From Minisyncoccota bacterium (lineage in GTDB: Bacteria; Patescibacteriota; Minisyncoccia; Minisyncoccales; GCA-002788555), in assembly GCA_028716825.1 (NCBI GenBank), contig JAQUPA010000002.1, positions 1 to 56,630 of the forward strand: a stretch of DNA of 56,630 nucleotides, given 5' to 3'. How positions within the stretch are numbered: position 1 is the first letter of the stretch; every line of letters starts with the position of its first letter. The position numbers and the translations under genes are program-made. The notes beneath the pieces are model-generated. The model saw nothing but the letters and a program-made list of their open reading frames with translations, was not told where the DNA came from and did no database searches. Below, piece by piece: positions 1 to 7,798 of the stretch.

Positions 1-92
1 ATTTTAAAGATGGAAAATTATCTGCAAACACAAAAAAAGGACATGCAAATAAAAAAACAAATATAAATATTATATATGTTTTTTTTATCATA

Positions 93-689
93 TTAAAATT
101 CATTTCTAATCTTATCTTTAATAACTTTTTCGCACTCTGCGTTATATTTTTTATAATTCTGACCAACTGAAGTACAGGAAAATATATAAACTTTTTTATT
201 TTTAGCAAAAGAAATATCAATAACTCTGCTTTTCTCAAGATAGATAGGTTTATCATTTTCGTCTGCGGCATAACTCATTTTATCAACAGTCTTTATTGTT
301 TCTTTGCCGTTTATTTCAGAAAACTTCAATTCTTTCTTCGAATAATCCCAATTTTGTGTTGCGAACTCTTTTATGTTAAGCCGTTGAGGATTAAGCTGGA
401 TATAAACTTCCATTACTACACCATCTTGTAATTCTGTATCTATAATCTGGTTTGGACCAAATTTTTGTATTTCTAAAACTTCATCTGAAACATATTTTTT
501 AACCTTCCATCCCTCTGGAACCTTCATTGAAATACCTTCTTTTCTGTTTATTACTAATTTTCCTTCAGGTGTATCTTTTATAACAATCATATTCTCTGGC
601 TGATTCTGCCACCACCAATAATATCCAATACCAGCAACGATAACTAATAATCCAACTATTATTAATATAATTACTAATTTCTTTTTCAT
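93..689 (-). CDS. hypothetical membrane-anchored protein
   Basis: ORF track; ATG at 689-687; single N-terminal hydrophobic helix (LVIILIIVGLLVIVAGIGYYWWW); no family recognised. Confidence 0.45.
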   Translation of the reverse strand: MKKKLVIILIIVGLLVIVAGIGYYWWWQNQPENMIVIKDTPEGKLVINRKEGISMKVPEGWKVKKYVSDEVLEIQKFGPNQIIDTELQDGVVMEVYIQLNPQRLNIKEFATQNWDYSKKELKFSEINGKETIKTVDKMSYAADENDKPIYLEKSRVIDISFAKNKKVYIFSCTSVGQNYKKYNAECEKVIKDKIRNEF

Positions 690-773
690 AATTTTATATT
701 TTTAATTTTTATTAATCCAATAATAAATTTTTCTATTTTAACATTATTAAATTTTATTTTCAAATTACACTAC

Positions 774-804
774 AAAAAAATCGGCTCGTTGGAGCCGATT
801 TTTT
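774..804 (-). terminator. intrinsic terminator after the receiver-domain gene (symmetrical, could act in both directions)
   Basis: 8-bp stem ATCGGCTC/GAGCCGAT (780-787/792-799), loop GTTG, flanked by an A7 run and a T6 run. Confidence 0.7.
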
Positions 805-820
805 GTGGTATTCTTTTTTA

Positions 821-1204
821 TTATTTTAGTTCTTCTCCGAGTTCTTTTCTTATAAGATTAACCAAGTCTTTTGTTGTAGTGCTGGCTTTTAAAACGTATC
901 TTGTATTATACTCTTGAGCAATTTTTCTCACTTCTGGCGTGTCGTAGTTTGAATAAAGAATAACTGGAATATCTTTTGTTTGTGGATCTGCTTTAAGTTT
1001 CCTTAGAGCGTCTGTTCCGTCCATATTAGCGTCTGGTAAAATAATATCAAGTAATATTAAGTCTGGCTTCTCCTCTTTTGCAATGGCAACGCCACTCTCT
1101 GCGTCTATAGAACGAGAAACTTCATAACCTTCTACTTTAAGCCGTTCGCCATACATTTCAGCAAGTACTTTCTCATCCTCTATCATTAATATTTTCTTTG
1201 CCAT
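821..1204 (-). CDS. single-domain response regulator (CheY-like receiver)
   Basis: MIEDE acidic pocket, phospho-acceptor context LILLDIILPD, conserved Lys (VLKAS); no output domain. Confidence 0.85.
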   Translation of the reverse strand: MAKKILMIEDEKVLAEMYGERLKVEGYEVSRSIDAESGVAIAKEEKPDLILLDIILPDANMDGTDALRKLKADPQTKDIPVILYSNYDTPEVRKIAQEYNTRYVLKASTTTKDLVNLIRKELGEELK

Positions 1205-1206
1205 AT

Positions 1207-1240
1207 AATTACTACGAATTTACTAATAATTACGAATATA
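1207..1240. repeat. inverted copy of the 18-mer found upstream of the GxxExxY gene
   Basis: TACGAATTTAC (1213-1223) + 7 nt + TACGAATATA (1231-1240). This equals the reverse complement of TATATTCGTAAATTCGTA, interrupted by a short insertion. Confidence 0.7.
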
Positions 1241-1263
1241 CTTATTATATTATAACAAAACCT

Positions 1264-1659
1264 TTATAAATTTAAAATACGTTTAAACTTTACGCCATTA
1301 TTTGTAAAATTGACCAAAAGCCCTAATTTTAATTTTCTCGCTTTTAAATATGCATAAACTTGTTCTATGTCTTTTCTTGAAAATCTATCCCCCTTTTTAA
1401 TTTCTAATATTATTTTATCTTCTATCAAAAAGTCAAGAAAATATCTGCCTATCTTTTCATCTAAATATTTTAAAGGCACCAAAACTTGCTCTTGAAAATT
1501 CAATTTTTCTTTTTTAAAAACTGCTGCAATAGCTCTCTGGTAATATTTTTCTTGGTAGCCAACGCCTAAATTGTTATATACTTCAAACATTATTCCAATA
1601 ATTCTATAGCTCAATTCTGGATAAATCAAATCTGTTTTTATTATCTTTGTCTTGTCCAT
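1264..1659 (-). CDS. GxxExxY family protein (family typically found inside 23S rRNA intervening sequences)
   Basis: motif GVGYQEKYY (GxGxxExxY); 131 aa; N-terminal LIYPELSYRIIG typical of the family as I remember it. Confidence 0.7.
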   Translation of the reverse strand: MDKTKIIKTDLIYPELSYRIIGIMFEVYNNLGVGYQEKYYQRAIAAVFKKEKLNFQEQVLVPLKYLDEKIGRYFLDFLIEDKIILEIKKGDRFSRKDIEQVYAYLKARKLKLGLLVNFTNNGVKFKRILNL

Positions 1660-1695
1660 TATATTCGTAAATTCGTATATATTCGTAAATTCGTA
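1660..1695. repeat. perfect 18-bp tandem duplication abutting the GxxExxY start codon
   Basis: TATATTCGTAAATTCGTA at 1660-1677 and again at 1678-1695; the ATG of 1264..1659 is at 1659-1657. Confidence 0.9.
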
Positions 1696-1702
1696 GGAAC
1701 TA

Positions 1703-3328
1703 TCAAAAATCTTTTAAAAATTTCTGCATTTTAGCTCCATTTATCGGCAATTCTACATAAAAGAGACTTCCCTTGCCTCTCCCTTCGCTCTTTGCCCAAA
1801 TTTTTCCTTTGTGCGCCTCAACTAATTTTTTGGCAACATAAAGCCCAACGCCAGAACCCTCAGGAAATAATCTTACGCCAGTTCCTCTCCTGTAAATTTT
1901 AAAAAGCTGACTCATATCTTTTTTGGAAATTCCCATACCAGTATCTGAAACAGTAATTAATATTCTTTTTTGTGTTCCGTTTTTTTCTTCAACTTTTACC
2001 TCAACATTACCATGGTCAGTATATTTAATTGCATTGTCAATTAAATTTAAAACAACTAATCTTATTTTTTGAGGGTCAATTGTAATTTTAGATAAATCCT
2101 TCTCGGGTTCTTTGTATATAAGTTTAAGTTTTTTCTTTGATGCCCTTACATAAAGTTCATCTACTATACTTTGGATAAGATCTTCAAGTTGGGTTTCTTT
2201 AAATTCAAACTCCATTCTTCCCATCTCAAGACGAGATATGTCCAAAAGCGAATTTACCAATCTTATAAGTCTTTCACTTGAATCATTAACTTTATCAAGC
2301 GTTACTCTTACTTTATCTGAAATATCTCCATAAATTCCCTCTTGTACCATTGCAACATATCCTTTAATCGCGGTTAAAGGAGTTCTTAGCTGGTGAGATG
2401 CAATTGACAAGAACTCGGTTTTTGCCTCGTCTAATCTTTTAAGTTCTTTATTGGCTGCTTCAAGTTGTTCTTTTAATTCTATCTCCCGCAAAACACTTCT
2501 TATTAATAGATATCCAAAGAAACAATAAAAAAGGAAAAGTCCGCTATTTAAAATTCTCATAGCCATACTTGGAGCAACAATAGCTTGGAATAATAAAATT
2601 AGTCCAATTAAGCCTACGAATAGTTCTGTCAAAACTACCCTAATTCCAAAAAGTTTTTTAGATATAATTGCAAAAGCCGTAAAACCAACAAAGAAAAGAG
2701 TAAAATATGGTCCAAACTGAGATGGTTCAAATGCTCCGAAAAATAAAGGAATTAAAAAATTTGTAAATGTAGCCAGAGTGCCTGCGACAATCAAGCCTAT
2801 TGCTAAATATTTTAACTGAAGTCTTTCTATTCCTTTTAAACGAATATATTTCCTTACTAATATTGCAAAAGCCATTATAATATAAGCGAGAAAATAAAGT
2901 GCAAATACAATAACAAAATTTCCGAAAACTAAATCTACTCCAACATTTTTTTTCATTGCTATATCTTTCACAATTAAGTCAGTAAATGTTAAAACAACAA
3001 CAAATAGAGCGGGTAATATTATCAATAATTTCTTTTTTAACGACATTTTTTTCTCTTGTCGAGGAAATATCATCGTAAAAATTAAGAGACCCAAAGCAAA
3101 AAGACCTGTAGTCGTAAAGGTTAATTTTGTTGCTATTAAAGTATGAGGATAGTTTTTTACGTGGTCCGCGGCAAAATTACTTATAATCCATGCAACAATA
3201 AAAAGAACCGTGAGAGCAAAAACCTGATTAACTCTCTTCTTTTTGTTTGTCCAAAAAACAATGAATGCTAAAACAAAGTTTATAATCAAAACTATAAAAA
3301 AAGTAGCCCAAATTAATATCTCAATCAT
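1703..3328 (-). CDS. sensor histidine kinase with a polytopic N-terminal membrane domain
   Basis: H-box SIASHQLRTPLT, N-box DNAIKYT, G-boxes DTGMGI and GSGVGLYV; about 270 aa of repeated hydrophobic helices at the N-terminus. Confidence 0.9.
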   Translation of the reverse strand: MIEILIWATFFIVLIINFVLAFIVFWTNKKKRVNQVFALTVLFIVAWIISNFAADHVKNYPHTLIATKLTFTTTGLFALGLLIFTMIFPRQEKKMSLKKKLLIILPALFVVVLTFTDLIVKDIAMKKNVGVDLVFGNFVIVFALYFLAYIIMAFAILVRKYIRLKGIERLQLKYLAIGLIVAGTLATFTNFLIPLFFGAFEPSQFGPYFTLFFVGFTAFAIISKKLFGIRVVLTELFVGLIGLILLFQAIVAPSMAMRILNSGLFLFYCFFGYLLIRSVLREIELKEQLEAANKELKRLDEAKTEFLSIASHQLRTPLTAIKGYVAMVQEGIYGDISDKVRVTLDKVNDSSERLIRLVNSLLDISRLEMGRMEFEFKETQLEDLIQSIVDELYVRASKKKLKLIYKEPEKDLSKITIDPQKIRLVVLNLIDNAIKYTDHGNVEVKVEEKNGTQKRILITVSDTGMGISKKDMSQLFKIYRRGTGVRLFPEGSGVGLYVAKKLVEAHKGKIWAKSEGRGKGSLFYVELPINGAKMQKFLKDF

Positions 3329-3361
3329 AAATAAATAGAATAATTATATTATTATATTCAA

Positions 3362-3404
3362 AACAAAAGCAAAATGCCAGGCTGCAATATAAGCCCGCCT
3401 GGCA
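3362..3404 (-). terminator. intrinsic terminator after the LuxI-like gene
   Basis: minus strand reads TGCCAGGC-14 nt-GCCTGGCA followed by TTTTGCTTTTGTTT. Confidence 0.7.
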
Positions 3405-3406
3405 TC

Positions 3407-4093
3407 TTACAAGGAACTGTTTAGGACTGCGTTTGCTTCCTCCACCACTTCTTCTTCAATGACATCGCCGTTGAGATACTCGTAAAGTGGGGGATTTTCC
3501 AGGAAAGCTGCATTGGCCTTATCGCGTGGAAGAACCACTGGAGCAGTCAAGCTGCCCATATAGTACTTCGGTTCCCCTATCTCCTCAAATGGGAAACCAA
3601 GAAAGCGAATAAGACCAAGAACAACAACATCAAGGCTTGCAAACCAATGAGTGATGTTCTTTTCGTACCAAGTCTCTCGGTAAAGCGCTCTGATCAAGGC
3701 AAGAGATATTGAATGCCTCGCGTACATAGAACGCTCTTCCATGTTCAACGCCTTAAAGACGTCGGAACATATCAATCGAGAGATTTCGCAAGATTTTTCC
3801 GCTTTAGGCGGAAAATAGCATTCCGGAAAATCCCTATAGATTGGCAGAGGCAAGTCTTTTGTTGGATAGATCGCCCTCACCATTCCTATAATTCCACTTT
3901 TCACCGGCAATCCATCTCTATAGGCGATGAAGGTCGAAGATCTTTCGGGAGAATCATATTCGTCCTGTTCTGAACGAAATGAGTAATTGTTGGCTAACCA
4001 CCCTAGCTTCCCCACATAGATCTCGTATCGAAGTCGATATGACGCATTTAGCTCCTTTCTCGTCTCTGCTTTTTTTACCACTAAGACAGACAT
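3407..4093 (-). CDS. LuxI-like / N-acyl amino acid synthase-like acyltransferase (GNAT-related fold)
   Basis: YRLRYEIYVGKLGW near the N-terminus, acidic EQDEYD and EISRL resemble the autoinducer-synthase / N-acyl amino acid synthase family. ATG preceded by GGGAGGTGA. About 47-53% GC in sampled lines. Confidence 0.45.
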   Translation of the reverse strand: MSVLVVKKAETRKELNASYRLRYEIYVGKLGWLANNYSFRSEQDEYDSPERSSTFIAYRDGLPVKSGIIGMVRAIYPTKDLPLPIYRDFPECYFPPKAEKSCEISRLICSDVFKALNMEERSMYARHSISLALIRALYRETWYEKNITHWFASLDVVVLGLIRFLGFPFEEIGEPKYYMGSLTAPVVLPRDKANAAFLENPPLYEYLNGDVIEEEVVEEANAVLNSSL

Positions 4094-4194
4094 TTAGTTT
4101 CACCTCCCTTCTGCAGTCCTCTTATTGTAACGTGCTTGTGTATCTTTATTAAAAATGACTGCAATACATTATAATATTACAATCAGATATTTAA

Positions 4195-4223
4195 ATTCTA
4201 TCATATTTTATTAATAATGTCAA
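4195..4223 (-). promoter_or_regulatory. sigma70-like promoter for the LuxI-like gene
   Basis: minus strand TTGACA (4223-4218), 17-nt spacer, TAGAAT (4200-4195); about 100-nt leader. Confidence 0.6.
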
Positions 4224-4226
4224 TTT

Positions 4227-4258
4227 AAAAAAGCGGGGTAGCACTTTCGCACTACCCC
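4227..4258 (-). terminator. intrinsic terminator overlapping the ThiF-like stop codon
   Basis: minus strand GGGGTAG..CTACCCC stem followed by GCTTTTTT. Confidence 0.7.
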
Positions 4259-5019
4259 ATGGGATCGAATTGAACAACGAACGGGAGCTCATGACCCTTT
4301 ACGGTCTTGATTACGACAGAAACCGTAAGGATTGAAGCTATCCAAGCCGCTATCACTGGCTGAGGATAATGCTCAATTTCCCCTTCAATCACCTGTCCGA
4401 GAACAGGCAGAAAGTAGGGATTAAGCTCTACCCTCTTTGCCATGTTGAACATCAACTCCCAAACAGAGATTTTCTCGAGTTCCTGTGGGATAATCCCCTG
4501 AGGGATACCCAAAAGGTTTTCGAATGTCTCTCCGTTCGGAGTCAGGCAGAAAAGAACTGATCCCCACCCGACATCAATCGGGTAAAGAAAGATCTTTTTC
4601 TGCCGACGGCAAGCCCTTGCAAGCTCCAAAGAGGCGGAGATTCCCGGATCCGGGTCGATACCATCGATTACTATGTCGCACTTAGCAACAAAATCAGTGG
4701 CGTTGTCCGGTTTGATAAAATCCGCCCAGGCCTCTACCCTCACATCAGGATTAATCCTGGAAAGGACGTCTATCAGGACAATTGCTTTTTCCTTCCCAAC
4801 GTCCTCCAGAAAGAAAGCCTGGTGATTTAGGTTCGCTACCTCGACTGTATCAGGGTCAGCCCAAACGAAGTTTTCCACCCCAAGTCGGCACAAAGCCTCT
4901 GCTACGAACGATCCCATTCCGCAGCCAGCAATACCGACAGTGAGTTCTCGCAAGCTCCTCTGTTCCTCCTCTGAAAGGAGGCCAGCATTGCGAGAAATGA
5001 GTTCCTTATAACGGAACAT
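4252..5019 (-). CDS. ThiF/MoeB/HesA-family E1-like adenylyltransferase (adenylation domain only)
   Basis: Rossmann GIAGCGMGSFVAEAL followed by ADPDTVEVANLNHQ (the usual NLxRQ Arg is His). 255 aa with no peptide-clamp, rhodanese or CxxC extension. ATG with GAAAGGAGG. Confidence 0.7.
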   Translation of the reverse strand: MFRYKELISRNAGLLSEEEQRSLRELTVGIAGCGMGSFVAEALCRLGVENFVWADPDTVEVANLNHQAFFLEDVGKEKAIVLIDVLSRINPDVRVEAWADFIKPDNATDFVAKCDIVIDGIDPDPGISASLELARACRRQKKIFLYPIDVGWGSVLFCLTPNGETFENLLGIPQGIIPQELEKISVWELMFNMAKRVELNPYFLPVLGQVIEGEIEHYPQPVIAAWIASILTVSVVIKTVKGHELPFVVQFDPMG

Positions 5020-5054
5020 TCTAATCGACCTCCTTTCTTCGTATATCGATTAGA
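5020..5054 (-). promoter_or_regulatory. hairpin enclosing the ThiF-like ribosome-binding site
   Basis: mRNA reads TCTAATCGA-TATACGAAGAAAGGAGG-TCGATTAGA-ATG. The 9-bp perfect stem is 5054-5046/5028-5020. The SD sits at the 3' edge of the loop and the stem arm fills the SD-ATG spacer. Confidence 0.5.
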
Positions 5055-5076
5055 TTTTTTAGGTTCTGTATTTTAT

Positions 5077-5105
5077 ATTATACACCGCTTAATTGAAAAA
5101 GTCAA
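5077..5105 (-). promoter_or_regulatory. sigma70-like promoter for the ThiF-like gene
   Basis: minus strand TTGACT (5105-5100), 17-nt spacer, TATAAT (5082-5077). Confidence 0.65.
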
Positions 5106-5133
5106 ACAAAAACGCAGGTTCCCCTGCGTTTTA
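5104..5133 (-). terminator. intrinsic terminator inside repeat copy A
   Basis: minus strand AAAACGCAGG-GGAA-CCTGCGT-TTTTGTTTG; 7-bp perfect stem. Confidence 0.75.
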
Positions 5134-5157
5134 GATTATTTTTTAAAAAGATTAATT

Positions 5158-5203
5158 AATCCCAAGTTCCTCTGCTACTTTTGGATTAAGTTCTGTTGTA
5201 ATT
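5158..5203 (-). pseudogene. orphan duplicate of the last 15 codons of the NUDIX gene
   Basis: 45/46 nt identical to 7933-7978, which encode ITTELNPKVAEELGI of 7930..8364; no upstream continuation of that reading frame. Confidence 0.8.
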
Positions 5204-5976
5204 TAAATTTTTATTTCCTTAAACAATTTTTTATGAACTTTAATCACTCGATATGACTCTTTTAAAAAATCTTCAAAATTATCATTCTTAGTAATTTTAT
5301 TATATAGGTCGGTAAAATACTTTGGAACGGTTTTACCGCCTATTTTTATTTTTCTGTATTCCGTATAAAAAACTGCTTTTTTCTTTAATAATTTCTGGAT
5401 GCGACTATCATTTAAAACTATGGGCGCAATAATTTCACTTAAATGCCATTCAATATAGGGAAATTCAAATTTTTCAGAATTCATTTTTGGATGCATATTT
5501 TTCCATTTTTCAAAATACAAAAAATGACAACATTCATGCATAATAATCTCCATCGCATCTTTGATATTTTTGTAATTAAAATATATAAAAAAACTCCAGT
5601 CGTTTAAAAAACGCGGGCAAATAGGATTAATAGATATCATTGCTTTAATTATGTCTCTGTTTAAGGGCCAAGTGATTTGTAAAATTTCTGAAAGTAAAAT
5701 AAAAAAATCTTTTTCAGTTTTTCGCCAATTTTTTTCATATCTAACCTTATTTTTATTTATTATTTTTTGATTCTCTTCTCTGGTTTCAAAAATATATCCT
5801 TTTAAAAATTTGACTTTTTCCTTCTCGTTTTTAAAAGAAAAAACTTCTTTGATCTTAGGATGCTTTTTAATTATATACTTATCCCACCCCCAATTATCTT
5901 GAATTAAAAAACTGTGCATCCAATCAACTTCTTTAAGTAATGTAATGTTTATAAATTTTACTTTTGGAGTAAACAT
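5203..5976 (-). CDS. hypothetical protein with an HExxH motif (possible zinc metallopeptidase)
   Basis: IIMHECCHFLYFEKW contains HExxH; about 18% GC in a sampled line. ATG at 5976-5974 immediately follows the T-tract of the rSAM terminator. No family recognised. Confidence 0.35.
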   Translation of the reverse strand: MFTPKVKFINITLLKEVDWMHSFLIQDNWGWDKYIIKKHPKIKEVFSFKNEKEKVKFLKGYIFETREENQKIINKNKVRYEKNWRKTEKDFFILLSEILQITWPLNRDIIKAMISINPICPRFLNDWSFFIYFNYKNIKDAMEIIMHECCHFLYFEKWKNMHPKMNSEKFEFPYIEWHLSEIIAPIVLNDSRIQKLLKKKAVFYTEYRKIKIGGKTVPKYFTDLYNKITKNDNFEDFLKESYRVIKVHKKLFKEIKI

Positions 5977-6025
5977 ATAAAAACCCTAATTCTGTCAAGA
6001 TTATACCATAAATAGAATTAGGGTT
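5977..6025 (-). terminator. intrinsic terminator after the radical SAM/SPASM gene
   Basis: 12-bp perfect stem AACCCTAATTCT/AGAATTAGGGTT (6025-6014/5993-5982), 20-nt loop, then TTTTAT running into the next ATG. Confidence 0.65.
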
Positions 6026-6034
6026 AAAAGGAAT

Positions 6035-7438
6035 TTAATTTTCTGTCGAAGGAAAGGATGTTTTGGGATCCATTTTTTCTATTAGATCCCGAATCAGAAA
6101 TTCGGCCGTCGCTTTAGCATGAACACAGAAAATATCGTCTACCTCCCAAATACTACCTTTACTTTTGTAGGCACTGTAGGGACAACCTCCTCCGCAGATA
6201 CTTAAAGCAATACAGTTATAGCACTGTTCCATAAAAAGTGGGGAACGGAATTTCCATTCTTCCCAAATAGGATGATTGAAGGGATCAAAGGTAATATCTG
6301 GGTGAATAAAATATTTTCTACTTCCGCAATATCCCTGACAGACTCCAACCATACCATCTGGAGCTATAACTATTTGCTCGCCACAACCGCCACAATCATT
6401 GTAATAAATGTAGCCTTCAACAAAAGCATTTACTTTTCGCATTATTCTGTCTTCATAAATCCCCTTTTCTCTAAAGAAACGGTAACACTTAATAATCTGT
6501 TTAGCAACCTTTTCGGCATATACTTTAGCATCTCCACGAATACCTTCTATGCCAATACTTTCTATCAAAATGTTAAAGCTTATCGAGGTTGCACCCAATT
6601 CATTTACAAACCACTTAGAAATCTCTTCCAATTGTTCTACATTGTATTGACTGATTGTACAACAAATCCCCGTATTAACTCCGTTTTTAACAAGAAGCTG
6701 ATAGCCCCTTATGGTATCATCAAAAGATCCATGGCCATCACGACGTCTACGACACTTATCATGAATTTCCTTGGGACCATCCAACGAAACTGCCACATTA
6801 ACATTTCCAAAGCTTCTAAGCGTTAAAGCAATTGTTTCGTTAATTAATGCACCATTTGTATTTATTGTGATAAAGGTAGTGGAAGGAAGGGTTTTTTTAC
6901 TTTTTAGGCTTTCAATATACCTGAGCATTCTTTCAACTACCTCGAAGTTTAGAAATGGTTCGCCTCCATAGAATATTATCTGAGGAGTCTCTACGGTACT
7001 GTTTTTACCTATTAATTTTGCGAATAAATCAATACCGAACTGGGCAGTTTTTGTCGACATCTTAGAAAATTGGTAGTTTTCTGGTATTGCACCCTCAATG
7101 AAGCAATAAATGCAGGCAAGATTGCAAACATCTGTCATGAGCAGATAAAGTATACCAATTTCCTTGTTTCTAAATTTCGTTTGAATCTTTGCGTATTCTT
7201 CAAGGTCAAGACGTCGATCTAATGGAAAAACAAGCTTGTGTCTTGTTAGTTCGCTAACAAGATTATCGTCTAAAGAGTTAATTTGATCATAAGAGATAAT
7301 CTTGTGTTTAGCCTGCCTAAAAAGCTTTGCCGTTTCTTTATCAACAATAACTACATCTAAAGTAAGTGCATTGTATAAAGCCGTCAGGTTATTGATTCCT
7401 TCTACAAAATGACAAAAATCAGAAATTCTTAAATTCAT
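6035..7438 (-). CDS. radical SAM / SPASM-domain peptide-modifying enzyme
   Basis: CNLACIYC (C105, C109, C112 = CxxxCxxC); C-terminal CGGCGEQ and CYNCIALSICGGGC (Cx2Cx5Cx3C) SPASM pattern. The approximately 95-aa N-terminal extension is the size of a RiPP recognition element. ATG preceded by AGGAGG. Confidence 0.9.
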   Translation of the reverse strand: MNLRISDFCHFVEGINNLTALYNALTLDVVIVDKETAKLFRQAKHKIISYDQINSLDDNLVSELTRHKLVFPLDRRLDLEEYAKIQTKFRNKEIGILYLLMTDVCNLACIYCFIEGAIPENYQFSKMSTKTAQFGIDLFAKLIGKNSTVETPQIIFYGGEPFLNFEVVERMLRYIESLKSKKTLPSTTFITINTNGALINETIALTLRSFGNVNVAVSLDGPKEIHDKCRRRRDGHGSFDDTIRGYQLLVKNGVNTGICCTISQYNVEQLEEISKWFVNELGATSISFNILIESIGIEGIRGDAKVYAEKVAKQIIKCYRFFREKGIYEDRIMRKVNAFVEGYIYYNDCGGCGEQIVIAPDGMVGVCQGYCGSRKYFIHPDITFDPFNHPIWEEWKFRSPLFMEQCYNCIALSICGGGCPYSAYKSKGSIWEVDDIFCVHAKATAEFLIRDLIEKMDPKTSFPSTEN

Positions 7439-7525
7439 TATTCAACCTCCTGTAATCGTTCTTGACACTCTATATTATAAAAATGGGGCAAGAAGAATTC
7501 TCTCTTACCCCTGTGGCACAGATCA

Positions 7526-7702
7526 TCAACTACTCCTCGTTCTGGTCTTTGTCCCAGGAGAATTCTCGCAGTAACACGTTCCTCCGCAGATTCCCCCGCA
7601 ACGCATCTGCATTCCATCCTTTACTTTGCCCCTGATAAGGGCAAACTGTTTCTCCGTCGGCACTAGAACCACAACGTTCTTCGGTTCCTTCTTGTTTTCC
7701 AC
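7526..7702 (-). CDS. candidate Cys-rich RiPP precursor peptide (58 aa, not in the ORF track)
   Basis: GTG at 7702-7700 with AGGAGG 10 nt upstream, TGA at 7528-7526. Translation: MENKKEPKNVVVLVPTEKQFALIRGKVKDGMQMRCGGICGGTCYCENSPGTKTRTRSS. Ends 87 nt upstream of the rSAM/SPASM gene. Confidence 0.55.
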   Translation of the reverse strand: MENKKEPKNVVVLVPTEKQFALIRGKVKDGMQMRCGGICGGTCYCENSPGTKTRTRSS

Positions 7703-7798
7703 GTTCTCTCACCCTCCTTTCGCCTTCTTTATGTTCCTTCGCTTCCTTTTCTCTTATTAAAATTTCAAGGTTCAAAAAACTACTCAAAAACTACTAAT

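Noticed and set aside
5982-6025. The 12-bp inverted repeat between the rSAM and HExxH genes as terminal inverted repeats of a MITE or IS
   Set aside because: There is a single hairpin with a 20-nt loop followed by a T-tract. It has no second copy and no target duplication, so an intrinsic terminator is the simplest reading.
7530-7787. 85-aa ORF from the track upstream of the radical SAM gene
   Set aside because: It starts at TTG with no SD, and its K/E/R-rich sequence is what a purine-rich leader gives when translated. It also reads through the AGGAGG that serves the 58-aa frame. The overlapping 58-aa frame has an SD, a leader/core layout and a Cys-rich core.
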